A model generated the notes under the pieces. It searched no databases and was not told where the DNA came from. It saw only the letters and a program-made list of their open reading frames with translations. A program made the translations under genes and the position numbers. Below are positions 20,349 to 38,536 of a stretch of 64,000 nucleotides of DNA, piece by piece (the first letter of the stretch is position 1; each line of letters begins with the position of its first letter). This stretch comes from the human T2T-CHM13v2.0 reference genome, Homo sapiens: assembly GCF_009914755.1 (NCBI RefSeq), contig NC_060925.1, one strand, 5' to 3'.

Positions 20349-22304
20349 GTTAGTTCATCTGGATTCACAACTCACACTTCTTTTTTGGCTAAAGATTCAT
20401 TCTACAGTTTTAAAATTTGTTTTTTTGTTTTGTTTTGTTTTGAAAGAGTCTTACTCACTCTGTTGCTTAGGCTGGAATTCAGTGATGTGATCTCGGCTCA
20501 CTGCAACCTCTGACTCTTGGGTTCAAGCAATTCTCCCACCTCAGCCTCTTGAGTAGCTGGGATTACAGGCATGAGCTGCCACACCCGGCCTGTTTTGCAG
20601 TTTTCAATAATCTAGACAAAGACTCAAAAAAATGAGGATGTATATTTATTGATGTATAATGTAACTTTTGTGGGCTTTGAAAAGGAAAAGTTGAATTTCT
20701 TCTTTTTATTCTTGCATTTGTTGGGCACATAGCTATTACACAATTAAGGGTCTTTTTTTTTTAAGGGCAGAATCTATGAAATATGAACAAGTGTTCTTTT
20801 TCTGTTGTTTGGGAACATGTTAAAATTTTCAACTTTAATTTATACTAATAATAAAGTAGGAAAGGTGGTTCTTATCTCTTCATACAAGGTGACCATATTT
20901 GGATCACTGGATATCACACTCTGATTCTCTTTTTTTTAAAAAAAACAGGGTCTCACTCTGTTGCCCAGGCTGGAGTATAGTGGTGAGTGGTGCAATCACA
21001 GCTTACTGTAGCCTTGACCTCCTGGGCTCAAGCAATTCTCCCACCTCAGCCTCTTGAGTAGCTGGGATTACAGGTGTGCACCACCACTCCTGGCTAATTT
21101 TTAATTTTTTGTAGAGATGGGATTTCTCTATGTTGCCCTGGATAGTCTTGAACTCCTAGGCTTAAATCATCCTCCTGCCTCAACCTCTCAAAGTGCTGGG
21201 ATTACATGCATGAGCCACTGTGGCTGACCCACTCTCTGATTCTGTTTACCTTGGTACACAAGATGACAAATGAATTGAAATATGGTACACTGTGGACCAT
21301 TATAGTAATACTTTAGGGAAATAGCAAAGTCACACAATATTCTATATTTCTAAAATGTTTACTTGTTGGTTGCCTATTCTGACAACTGGGACTTCTAGGT
21401 ACAGTGAATTTTGATCCTCAAAAGATTAAAAAATGAGTTCAGTTAAATTGGTTCACTGGTCTACTGGTGGCAGGTCACAGCGTTCTCCATGGAGATATAC
21501 TGCATTAATGCATTAATACATCTGCATTAGAGCTCTGTATTAACCCTGCCACATGTAGTAGTTTGTCAGTTATTTGGAAGAAAATGTAGAAGGCATCCCT
21601 GTCAAGTGTCCTAAAGCTAGAGAGAAAGCTAATATACTAGATGGTGGAATCAAGGCTTGTTATTTAGGAAAGTTCATTTACTTACTAGAGGTAATTATTA
21701 GAAATCTAGATCATTACTGGGGACATGCTAGAGGCATTTCCATTCAAGAGAGGAGAAAGGATTTCTGCTATCACTGGAGATCCTAATTCAGTAATAACAT
21801 GCAAATAAAATCAAGAGATATAACTACTTATAGGAAGCAGCAAAATCTCTTTAAAATTTTTTTTCCCACTGATTTCTTTAGCAAAAATTCCCAGTATATT
21901 GTTGAATAGAAGTGGTAAAAGTGAGTATTCCTGTTCTCAGTCTTATGGGGAAGACATTCTGCTTTCACCATTAAGTACAATATTTGCTGTAGGCTTTCAT
22001 ATATACCCTTTATTGGGTTGTGGAAGTTCCCTTAAATTTTTCATTTGTTTAGAGTTTAATCATAAATAGGTGCTGTATTTAGTCAAATATATTTTCTGTG
22101 TCAATTGAGATTACTACATCTTGATTTCCTTTTACTTTATTAACATATTACATTGTTTTTAACACCTTTATTGAAGTACAATTGATATACAAAAAAAACA
22201 AATCCACACATGTTTAATATATTCAATTTGACATTGAACATTTACATACACTCGTGATACCCTCATGACAATCAAGGTAATAAACATATCCACATTAACT
22301 GTTT

Positions 22305-23046
<742 letters not shown>

Positions 23047-23489
23047 CAAAGTCACTATTATTTCCTGATAATGCAATTATCTACCTAGCAAAGATAAATT
23101 TAAATATTATTTGAATTAATTAGCCTTTAATAATGTTGCTGAATATAAGATAAATATACAATTTTTTAACAAACATTGGGCAAATAATGCAATTTTCTAA
23201 CCAGAAAAAAATAAATTTAAACATTATTTGAATTATTTAGCCTTTAATAAAGGTTGATGAATACAAGATAAATACAAAAAAAACCCCAACGTATTACCTA
23301 TATACAATAATAAACATTAGAAATGCAAAGAGGGAATAAATTTAATAAGAAGGGATAAGACCTGTATCTTGAAAACACTAAAACCATGGTAAAGAACTTA
23401 AAAGCAAACTAAAAGGAGAGCTGTATAGCATATCACTGGTTGAGAACAATAATCAATATTGTATAGATGTCAGTTCTCTCCAAATTAAT

Positions 23490-23799
23490 CTTTATTTATT
23501 TATTTATTTATTTTTTTGAGATGGAGTCTCGCTCTTTCACCCATGCTGGAGTGCAGTGGCATGATCTCGGCTCACTGCAGGCTCCGCCCCCTGGGGTTCA
23601 CGCCATTCTCCTGCCTCAGCCTCCTGTGTAGCTGGGACTACAGGCGCCCGCCACCTCGCCTGGCTAATTTTTTGTATTTTTAGTAGAGAGGGGGTTTCAC
23701 CGTGTTAGCCAGGATGGTCTCGATCTCCTGAACTCGTGATCCGCCCACCTTGGCCTGCCAAAGTGCTGGGATTACAAGCGTGAGCCACCGCGCCCGGCC
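23490..23799 (-). repeat. AluY
   Basis: AluY diagnostics (ttcacgccattctc, gttagccaggatgg); TSD caaattaatcttta. Confidence 0.9.
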
Positions 23800-24110
23800 A
23801 AATTAATCTTTAAATTTGATATAATTCCACTAAAAATCTCAGTAACAATTTTATTTTTAGGAATTTGGCAAGTTGTTTATAAAACCCATCTGGAAGAATC
23901 TGAATATGAGAATAATAAAACATTTTAAAAGAAGATTAATAAAAATAACTTGTACTTTTAGACATCAAAATGTATTATAAAGTCAAAGTAACTGAGAAAA
24001 TGTGTTACTTGGTTAGAATAGATAAATACAACAGAATAGAATAGAAAGGTCAGAAATAGACTCACCTATATATGGGATATTCAAATTGGGTTGGCACAAT
24101 CGATTATTCA

Positions 24111-24453
<343 letters not shown>

Positions 24454-24742
24454 TCATTAAAAAGATACCTAAAAAGTAAATCCCAGAAGGGAATAATTAA
24501 ATGTTAAAAACAATGTAATTATAAACATATTAGAAGAAATTACATGAGAATTTTCAAAAAAATAGTAGCTTTTGTGACATATAATTCACCCAATTAAAGT
24601 GTACAATTATATGTTTTTTAGCATGGTCGCAGAACTGTGAAACCATCACCACAACCAATCTGAAAACTTCTTCATTACCCTCAAAAGAAACTCCATACAT
24701 TTTAGCAGTCGCTTCTCATTACCTCCAACCCATTCAACTTAG

Positions 24743-24922
<180 letters not shown>

Positions 24923-25619
24923 TAATTTAATGCATTCATGTAGTTTGTAAAGATCAAATATGTGTACTTAGGATAGACATCATCTAAAATATTTGTCTTT
25001 TCTTTGTGGTAGATACATTTGATTTACTCTTTTCTAGCTATTTTAGAATGTGCAATAGATTGTTGTAAACTATAGTCAGTCTACCTATCTATCTAACACT
25101 AGGACTTATTTCTTCTGTTAAATCGTATACTTGTACCCATTAATCAACCTCTCTTTATCTTCTCTCTCTCCTACCCTTCCTGGCCTCTGGTAACCATGAA
25201 TCTACTCTCTATCTTCATGTGATCCACTCTTTTAGCTCCCACATGTGGATACTTGCAATCTTTGTCTTTCTGTGACTTGGCTTATTTCACTTAACAAAAT
25301 GACCTCCAGTTTCATCCATGTTGCTGCAAATGATAGGATTTTATTATTTTTCAGTGGCTGAATAATATTCCATTGGGTTTATATACTGTGTTTTCATTAT
25401 TCATTCGTTGGTGGGCACTTAGGTTGATTCCATATATTGGCTATTGTGAATAGTGCTGGTATCTTTAGATATACTGATTTTCTTTCTTTAGGACATGTAC
25501 CCAGCAGTGGAATTAATTGCTGGATTATATGGTAGTTCTGGTTTTAGTTTTTTGAGGAACCTCCATAATGTTCTCCACAGTGGCTATACTAATTTACATT
25601 CCCACCAACAGCGTACAAG

Positions 25620-26040
25620 TGGAGACAAAAGTGACTCCATGTTGAATGCTAATGTGCCATATTGACTTCTGATTAGCCCCAGTCAAGTGAATGCCTCCTG
25701 ATTTCTATTTACTTTTCTCAGTGTAAGAACAAAGCAACCTTGATGTTATCACATAAATTATAAGGCTATGATGCTTACAGCATTCTTGCCTGTTCTGGAG
25801 GGTTGCTTTTGTGTTGCACAAAACAAGCATACCCTTTCTTTATGGTATATAAGCCTTGAGCCTGGGGAGTAACAGTGCAGAGATCTACCTGTCTTGTGGC
25901 TACCCTAGACAATGCTTCTGTTAGTTTCCCCAATAAAACACCCTTTACCCACAAACTGGATTTGTCTGCCTTGGTTTTTGGTTTCTCAGCTCCTTCGGCA
26001 TTTGGAAACTTCCTTGCATATACGGCCCTTTTATAGAACA
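25620..26040 (+). mobile_element. Solo ERV LTR (LTR47-like; subfamily uncertain)
   Basis: TGGAGACAAAAGTGACTCCAT...GAACA with TATATAA at about 25846 and AATAAA at about 25932; interrupts colinear L1 sequence. Confidence 0.7.
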
Positions 26041-27037
26041 GTTCTCCTTTCTCCACATCTTTGCAAGCATCTGTATTGCCTGTTTTTTGATACAATCCAT
26101 TTTAACTGGGGTGAGATGATATCTCATTGTAGTTTTGATTTGCATTTCTTTGATGATTACTGATGTTGAGCATTTTTTCACATACCTGTTCGCCATTTGT
26201 ATGTCTTCTTTGGAGAAATATCTATTCAGATCTTTTGCCCATTTTAAAATCAGACTATCTCCTCTTTTTTTTTTTTTGCTATTGAGTTGTTTGAGCTCCT
26301 TATAAATTCTGGTTGTAACTCCCTTATCAGATAGATAGTTTGCAAATATTTTCTCTATCTCTGTAGGTTTTCTCTTCACTTTGTTGATTGTTTCCTTTAC
26401 CATGCAGAAGGTTTGTAGCTTGATGTAATTGCTTTTTCTTTCTTTTTGCTTTGGTTGCCTGTGCTTTTGAGGTCTTACACGGAAAATCTTTGCCCAAACC
26501 AATGTCCTAGAGTGTTTCCCCAACGTTTTCTTCAAGGAGTTGTTTTAGTTTCAGGTCTTAGAATTAAGTCTTTAATCCATTTTGATTTGATTTTTGTATA
26601 TGGTGAGAAATAGGGGGTCTAGTTTTATTGTTGCATTGGTCTGTGTGTCTGCTTTTATGCCATTACCATGCCGATTTGTTTACTATGGCTTTGTACTAAA
26701 TTTTGAAGTCAGGTAGTGTGATGCCTCCTGCTTTGTTCTTTTTGCACAGGATTGCTTTGGTTATTTGGGGCCTTTTGTGGTTCCATATAGATTTTAGGAT
26801 TTAAAAAAAAAATTCTGTGAAGAATGCCATTGGTATTTTAAGAGGGCTGGCATTGAATCTGCAAATTTCTTTGGGTAGTATTGCCATTTAACAATATTAG
26901 TTCTTCCAGTCCATGAGCATGGAATATATTTCCATTTTTTATGTCTTTTTTTTAATCAGAGTTTTATAGTGTTCCTTGTATAGATCTCTTACTTCTTTTC
27001 CAAATTTAGGTATTTTATATTATTTATTGCTATTTTA

Positions 27038-28766
27038 TTTTTATTTTTTTATTTTTATTTTATTTATTTATTTATTTTTTTATTGATCATTCTTGGGTGT
27101 TTCTCGCAGAGGGGGATTTGGCAGGGTCATAGGACAATAGTGGAGGGAAGGTCAGCAGATAAACAAGTGAACAAAGGTCTCTGGTTTTCCTAGGCAGAGG
27201 ACCCTGCGGCCTTCCGCAGTGTTTGTGTCCCTGGGTACTTAAGATTAGGGAGTGGTGATGACTCTTAACGAGCATGCTGCCTTCAAGCATCTGTTTAACA
27301 AAGCACATCTTGCACCACCCTTAATCCATTTAACCCTGAGTGGACACAGCACATGTTTCAGAGAGCATAGGGCTGGGGGTAAGGTCACAGATCAACAGGA
27401 TCCCAAGGCAGAAGAATTTTTCTTAGTACGGAACAAAATGAAAAGTCTCCCATGTCTACTTCTTTCTACACAGACACGGCAACCATCCGATTTCTCAATC
27501 TTTTCCCCACCTTTTCCCCCTTTCCATTCCACAAAACCGCCATTGTCATCATGGCCCATTCTCAATGAGCTGTTGGGTACACCTCCCAGACGGGGTGGTG
27601 GCCGGGCAGAGGGGCTCCCCACTTCCCAGTAGGGGCGGCCGGGCAGAGGCACCCCTCACCTCCCGGACGGGGCGGCTGGCCGGGCGGGGGGCTGACCCCC
27701 GCACCTCCCTCCCGGACGGGGCGGCTGGCCGGGCGGGGGGCTGACACCCCACCTCCCTCCCGGACGGGGCGGCTGGCTGGGCGGGGGGCTGACCCCCACC
27801 TCCCTCCCGGACGGGGTGGCTGCCGGGCGGAGACGCTCCTCACTTCCCAGATGGGGTGGCTGCTGGACGGAGGGGCTCCTCACTTCTCAGACGGGGCGGC
27901 TGCCGGGCGGAGGGACTCCTCACTTCTCAGACGGGGCTGTTGCCAGGCAGAGGGTCTCCTCACTTCTCAGACGGGGCGGCAGGGCAGAGACGCTCCTCAC
28001 CTCCCAGACGGGGTCGCCGCCGGGCAGAGGCGCTCCTCACATCCCAGACGAGGCGGCGGGGCAGAGGCGCTCCCCACATCTCAGATGATGGGCGGCCGGA
28101 CAGAGATGCTCCTCACTTCCTAGATGGGATGGCGGCGGGGAAGAGGCCCCCCTCACTTCCTAGATGGGATGGCGGCCGGGCAGAGACGCTCCTCACTTTC
28201 CAGACTGGGCAGCCAGGCAGAGGGGCTCCTCACATCCCAGACGATGGGCGGCCAGGCAGAGAGGCTCCTCACTTCCCAGACGGGGTGGCGGCCGGGCAGA
28301 GGCTGCAATCTCGGCTCTTTGGGAGGCCAAGGCAGGCGGCTGGGAGGTGGTTGTAGCGAGCCAAGATCACGCCACTGCACTCCAGCCTGGGCACCATTGA
28401 GCACTGAGTGAACGAGACTCTGTCTGCAATCCCGGCACCTTGGGAGGCCGAGGCTGGCGGATCACTCGCGGTTAGGAGCTGGAGACCAGCCCGGCCAACA
28501 CAGCGAAACCCCGTCTCCACCAAAAAAATACGAAAACCAGTCAGGCGTGGCGGCATGCGCCTGCAATCGCAGGCACTCGGCAGGCTGAGGCAGGAGAATC
28601 AGGCAGGGAGGTTGCAGTGAGCCGAGATGGCAGCAGTACAGTCCAGCTTCAGCTCGGCATCAGAGGGAGACCGTGGAAAGAGAGGGAGAGGGAGATGGTG
28701 GGGAGAGGGAGAGGGAGAGGGGGAGGGGGAGGGAGACAGAGAGGGAGAGGGAGAGGGAGAGGGAGC
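27038..28766 (-). mobile_element. Full-length SVA retrotransposon (probably SVA_C or SVA_D), antisense to AXDND1
   Basis: (CCCTCT)n head at 28680-28765, Alu-like domain, GC-rich VNTR at about 27580-28300, SINE-R, poly(A); TSD atttattgctatttt at 27022 and 28767. Confidence 0.96.
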
Positions 28767-30100
28767 ATTTATTGCTATTTTAAATAGAGCTGCTTTCTTG
28801 ATTTCATCTTCAGATTGTTTGCAATTGGTATATATAAATCCTACTGATTTTTGTATGTTGATTTTGTATACTTGAAATATATTGAATTTGTTTTTCAGTT
28901 CTAACAGGTTTTTGGTGGAGTCTTTAGGTTTTTTAAAGTATAAGATTATGTCTTTTGTGAATGAGGCTAATTTGATTTCTTTATTTTCAATTTAGATGCC
29001 TTTTATTTCTTTCTCTTGCCTAATTGCTCTGTCCAGGACTTCCAGGAATAAAAGTGGTGAAAATGGGCATCCTTGTCTTGTTCTAGATCTTAGAGGAAAG
29101 GCCTTTAATTTTTCCCCATTCAGTACAATGTTAACTGTGGGTTTGCCATATATGGCTTTCTTTTATTTTGAGGTATGTTTCTTCTATACTAAATTTGATG
29201 AGGGTTTTTATCATAAAGGGATGTTGAATGTTATCAAGTGCTTTTTCAGCTTCTATTGAAATGATGCTATGCTTCTTGTTCTTGGTTCTGTTAATGTGAT
29301 GTATCACATTTATTGATGTGCACATGTTGAACCATCCTCATATCCCTGAGATGAATCCCACTTGATCATGGTGAATGATCTTTTTTAACATGTTGTTGAA
29401 TTTGGTTTGCTTATATTTTGTGAGGATTTTTACATCTGTGTTCATCCATGATATTGGCCTGTAGTTTTCTTTTTTTTGTTGTGTTCTTGTCTGGTTTTGA
29501 TATTAGGGTAATGCCTTATGAGTTTGGAAGTATTCCTTCCTATTCAAATTTTTTGAAGAGTTTATGTTGAATTGATATTAGTTCTTCTTCAAATACTTGG
29601 TAGAATTCAACTATGAAGCCATTAGGTCCTGGGATTTTCTTTGATGGGAGACTTTGTGTTATGGCTTTGATCTCATTACTTGTTATTGGTTTATTGAGGT
29701 TTTCCTTTTTTTTTTTTTTCCATTTTCCCCCTGGCTGGAGTGCAGTGGCACAGTCTTGGCTCACTGCAACCTCCATTTCCCAGGTTCAAGCAATTCTCGT
29801 GTCTCAGCCTCCTGAGTTGCTGGGATTACAGGTGCCCGCCACCACACCTGATGAATTTTTGTATTTTTAGTAGAGACGGTTTCACCATGTTGGCCAGGCT
29901 GGTCTTGAACTCCTGACCTCAAGTGATCTGCCTGCCCCACCCTCCCAAGGTACTGGGATTACAGGCGTGAGCTACCATGTCCAGCCCTAGGTTTTCCAAT
30001 TTGTTCATGCATAGTTGTTTGTAAGTCTCTAATGCTTCTTTGTATTCCTGTGGTCTCAGTTGTTACATCTTCTTTTTCATTTCTTATTCTATTTGGGTAT

Positions 30101-30162
30101 CCCTTCCTTCCTTCCTTCCTTCCTTCCTTCCTTCCTTCCTTCCTTCCTTCCTTTCTTCCTTC
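30101..30162 (+). repeat. (TTCC)n microsatellite
   Basis: ccttccttcc run; similar repeat resumes at about 30383-30410. Confidence 0.9.
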
Positions 30163-30424
30163 TTTGTCAAAGATGGTTGGCTATATATGCATGAATTTAT
30201 ATCCAGGTTCTATATTTTATTGCATTGGTCTATATGTCTGCTTTTATGCCATTACCATGCTGGTTTGTTTACTATGGCTTCGTAGTAAATTTCGAAGTCA
30301 GGTAGTGTGATGCCTCCTGCTTTGTTCTCTTTGCACAAGATTGCTTTGGTTATTTGGGGTCTTTTGTGGTTCTCTATGGTTTGCTTCCTTCCTTTCTTCC
30401 TTCCTTCCTTTTCTTTTTCTTTTC

Positions 30425-31146
<722 letters not shown>

Positions 31147-31819
31147 TTATTGTCTCAATTTTATTTATTTCTGCTGTTATCTGTATTATTTCTTTCCTTC
31201 TACTAATTTTAGGTTTGGTTTGTTCTTGCTTTTCTAGTTCCTTGAGGTGCATTGTTATGTTATTTCCCGTCTTTCTATCATTTTGATATAGGAATTTATT
31301 GTTATAAACTTATCTGTTCATACTGCTTTTACTGTATCCCATAGATTTTTGTATGCTGTTTTTACATTTTCATTTATTTCAAGATGATTTTTCATTTTGT
31401 TCTTGATTCCTACATTGACCATTGGTCATTCCATAAAATGTTATTTAATTTCTGTGTGTTTATGAAGTATCCAAGTTTCTTCCTGTTATTGATTTCAAGT
31501 TTTATTCCATCATTGTGGTCAGAAAAAATACTCTATATGATTTCTACTTTTTTGAATTTCTTCAGACTTGTTTTGTGGCCTAAGATATGGTATATTCTAG
31601 AGAATGTTTCATCTGCTGACAAAAAGAATGTGTATTCCTTAACAGATGGGTGAAATGTTCTGTAAATGTCAGTTAGGCCTATTAGGTCCAGTGTGTAGTT
31701 TAACTCCGTTTTTTGTTGTTGTTGATTTCTTGTCTGTCCATTACTGAAAAGAGTGTTAAAATCCCCTACTATTATTATATTACATTTTGTCTCTCCCCCT
31801 TTTTTCTTCTTTGAGATGA

Positions 31820-32197
<378 letters not shown>

Positions 32198-33431
32198 TGA
32201 ATTGAATCCTTTATAATTATATAGTAACCTTTTTTTTTTTACAGTCTTTGATTTGTAACCCATTTTATCTGATATAAATATAGCTACTCCTGCTCTCTTT
32301 TGGTTTCCAATTGCATGGAATATATTTTTCTACCCATAAACTTTCAGTATGTATGTGTTATTATAGTTGAGTGGATTTTGTGTAGACAGATATTGTTGGG
32401 TCTTGTTTCTTTATCCTTTCAGCCATTCTGTACCTTTTAATTGGATAATTGAGTTCATTTACATTCAGTGTTATTATTGATAAGTAAGGATTTACTCCTT
32501 CCATTTTGTTGCTTTTTATCTTGTTTTATAACTCCTCTTTTCCTTTCTCACTGTTTTCCTTTGTGATTAAGTGATTATCTCTGATATTATGTTTTAATTT
32601 GTTGCCTTTTTTTAAGTGAATCTGTTATAGGTTTTTGCATGGTGGTTACCATGAAGCTTACAAAAAACATTGTATAACAGGTTTTTTTAAAAAAAGAGAT
32701 GACAATTTATCTTAGATTACAAAAAAAGAAAAGAAGCAAATAAAAAATGAAAAAAATACGCTTTAACTCTATTCTCCTCAACATTTTGACTTTTAGTTAT
32801 TTGCATTTACATATTTGTATATATTACCCATCTCTTAACAAGTTGCTGTAGCTATTATTGTTTTTGATAGATTTGTCTTTTAGGCTTCATACTAGAGTTA
32901 TGAGTGGATTACACACTACAGTTACAGTATTAGCATATTCTATATTTGTCTGTGTAGATCATTTTACCAGTGGGTTTTATAGCTTCAAAGTTTTTTTTTA
33001 CATGTTGGTGTTTTTTTCTTTTAGATTGAAGAACTCCCCATTAGCATTTCTTGTAAGAGAGGTCTGGTGGTGGTAAATTCTCTCAGCTTGTGTTTGGGAA
33101 AGACTATCTCTCCTTCATATTTAAAGAACAACTTTGCTGGATATAGTACTCTTGGATAGCAGGGTTTTGTTCGTTTGTTTGTTTTCTTACAGCACTTTGA
33201 AAATGTCATTTCTCTCCTTCCTGCCCTGTATGGTTTCCACTGAGAAGTCTGTTGCTAGGTAAGTTGGAGCTCCTTAACATGTTATTTGCTTCTTTACTCT
33301 TGCTGCTTTTACGGTCATCTTTTTGTTCTTGGCCTTTGAGAGTTTGATTGTTGTATACCTTGGGTGGTCTTGTTTGGGTCACATCTGTTTGGTGCTCTCA
33401 GACCTTCCTATAACTGGACATTCATATCTAA

Positions 33432-33823
<392 letters not shown>

Positions 33824-34556
33824 TGATTCTTTCCTCTTCTTGATGCATTCTGCTGTTGAGAACCTCTGATGAATTTTCCAGTTCAGCAAATGTATTTCTC
33901 AATTCCAGTAATTTTATTTTTTTATTATTTCAATCTCTTTGTTACATTTCTCTGATAAATTTCTGAATTGCTTTTCTGGGTTATCTTGGAGATCACTGAG
34001 TTTTCTTAAAACTGTAGTTTTGAATTCTTCATCAGAGAGCTCACGTGTTAGAGTCACTCACTTGTTCCTTGCTTTGTCCATTTGGGGAGATCATGGTTCC
34101 CTGATTGCTGTTGTTTCTTATGAATGTATGTCTATTACTTTGCATTGAAGGTTTAGTTATTTATTCTAATCTTCTCTGTCTGGCTTGTTTTATGTTTGAT
34201 TGGCTATTTTTGCTTAGCAAATCTTAAGGTTGCTGCCTCCTTTTCAGCACTACATGGTGCTTTAAACCCAGGTTCACCTCAACTCTAGTAAAGGATTGAA
34301 GTGCTACCCTTCCTATGTAGGGGAGTTTCCAAAGGCAATATCTCTGCAGTGTGAGAAGGATGGCTAGGGGCTAGTGCCCAGGGAATCTGTGGAATGAACC
34401 TTGCACAGCATGGTGCTGTTGATAACCCTCTCTCACATGGAGTCTCCTTTGGCTGAGTTGCAGAGCAAAGTTTCCAGGCCTGGGGATGGTAGTCCTTCTT
34501 CTACCCTTTGTCTCTGCCTGTCCTCAGGCATATTTATCTCTTCAGGCACTTGTGAT

Positions 34557-34643
34557 GGTCTCCTGCCAAGGAATCAACATGATGGGGTCTCCTGCCAAGG
34601 AATCAACATGATGGGGTCTCCTGCCAAGGAATCAACATGATGA
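34557..34643 (+). repeat. Tandem repeat, 3 x 29 bp (ggtctcctgccaaggaatcaacatgatgg)
   Basis: Three consecutive copies, identical except the last base of copy 3. Confidence 0.92.
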
Positions 34644-34762
34644 GGAAGCTTGTTGTCCATCTTGATCTCACTTTTTCCAGTGTAAAAACCATGAGTTTGG
34701 GGAAAATTTTCCATGTGCTTTGTGCTGGGCAGAAGCAGGGAGGGAGATTGAGGCTGCAGTGA

Positions 34763-35188
<426 letters not shown>

Positions 35189-35869
35189 TAAAATTTAAAA
35201 CTTCCATTCAGTGACAATCACTAGAAATAAAAGCAAATAACAAACTGGGAGAAAATGTTTGTACAGTTAATATTACTAAAGTGGTAGAATAAATAAATTT
35301 TAAAGGTAAAATAATCCAGCAAAACAGTAGGCACAGGCTGTAAACAGATAATTCAGAGTAAGAAATTCAAATAGCCAATAAATATATGAAAATATGTTCA
35401 ACCTCACCAATCATCAATAAGATGGAACATACAGAATAATTAGATAACATTTTTAGCTTAGCATATGGGCAAACATAGACAGATGATAAACATGAACATT
35501 TGCATGTACTATTGATGGGCATATATATTGATATAACCATTTTAGAAATTTTTATAGAGGCTAACAGTATTTTAAATTTGTACCTGTTTGATTAACCAAT
35601 CACACAGGCAAAAAGTCATTCCATTCTTAAGAAATACTAATACAAGTGAATAAGAATATGGATGTTCATTTCAACATTGCTTGTGATTACAAAAATATTG
35701 AAATAATCTAAATATCCACCAGAAGGGAAATTATAGTTATTCAAACAGTAGAACACTAAGGAGCCATTTAAAAGAATGTTGTAGATATATATGTATGTGC
35801 AAAGATGGCTATGATAAGTAAAAGAAATAGCAAGTTTTAGAATAATATAAAAGGATAGGAGAACATTTA

Positions 35870-36228
<359 letters not shown>

Positions 36229-37515
36229 TTAGTTTATATATGCACACACACAAAATCTTCACCAAGAGAACAGCAAACTAATAAGACATTACCTTTGGTT
36301 AGTTGAATGTTAGGGTTGGGTGAGCTGGTGGGAATTTTGAAATTTACTTTATACTTCTATATTGTTTGACTTTGTTTTAACAAATATATATTAATTTTTT
36401 GACTGTGAATGGTAATTTTTGAGGATCTACTAATTTTTAAAAATAAACTTTGAGCATGTGTTATGTGTCAGACATTATGCCATGTACTGGTTGGTAAAAT
36501 AAAAATAATTGAGACAAAGTTCCTGCCCATAAAACTTCATGAGATTCAAATATCTCAATGATTGAGAATGATGAGCCTTTCCAGACAAATGAAATGTTAG
36601 TAGGGATAAATGTATAGATTAATCTTACTAATATGATTAACATTAATAATTACCATGATATTATTTTTAAAAAAGAAGCAGCAATTATTTATTCAGTTAT
36701 TACTATGTGTCAGATATTTTGCTAAGGGAATAATTAGCATAGTTCTTACAGTAATCCCTTGAAACAGTACTATCATTACCCACATTTTTCATATGAGGAC
36801 TCAGAGAGGTAATTTGCCTAAGTTCACATAGCTAATAAATGGTGAACCTAGCAAGTCTGATCCCAGAGCCTGAACTCCCAGTTTCCATTATATACCATCT
36901 TCAGAGACAAAAGACAAACAAAACTCAGGGCAGCCACCTAAAGGAGGAGACCCAATGTAAGAGCAATCCATGTAAAAAAAAAAAAAAAGATTTGTGACAT
37001 TGAAGTAACTGTGGATTTGCTAAGGCAACTGCATGAAATGATTCTCAAAACAATGCTGGACTTTTACAAGATTAGAAGTAAAGAGAATAGAAGGAGATCA
37101 TTGTCTCATTTTTCTCTGAAATGGTCAGACCTCATCTAGAATACAGTGTTCCATTCTGATGCAGAATTTTTAAGGGCACATTGACATTTTCAGAGGAAAC
37201 AATCATGACAGTAAATACATGATGTAAGAAACAGATTTGAGCTAGACATGTTCAGTGGAGAAAAAAGAAGAAAAGTGAGATCCCTCACACTAGAAGTATT
37301 TCAATAGTAGAGAGCTGGCCCCTGGTAGAGGTTTCTGTAGAATTCCTTGCATTGATGAGCTTTGTGTTAGATCATCCCTAGAGTCCCTTCTAACTGAAGT
37401 GACAGCTAGAATGTCAATTCCTTGAAAATAAGAACTTTATCTCTTTTGTCCATGTCTATGTCCACAGTGTCTAGAACAGTATTTCATTAAATGACTAGCA
37501 GTTGATTTCTTATAT

Positions 37516-38346
<831 letters not shown>

Positions 38347-38536
38347 TATACACTATACTTCAGTTTGGTTCCAGTTCAGTGGAAAATGTGAATTTGTAAT
38401 TCGTGTTAATGATTTAAACAAGAAATTTTAGTTGAGTTAATGATTCGATGAAAAATCGATATATGAAATCACTGTAATAAATTATAGTGGTTTGCTAATG
38501 TTTTAGGTTCCTGATTATAGTACATTATTTTTATAG

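Noticed and set aside
27252-28875. Dense cluster of overlapping Pro/Gly/Arg-rich ORFs
   Set aside because: By-product of the GC-rich SVA VNTR and Alu-like domain; not genes
34557-34643. 29-bp direct repeats as a CRISPR-like array
   Set aside because: No spacers, no cas genes, human DNA; a plain tandem repeat
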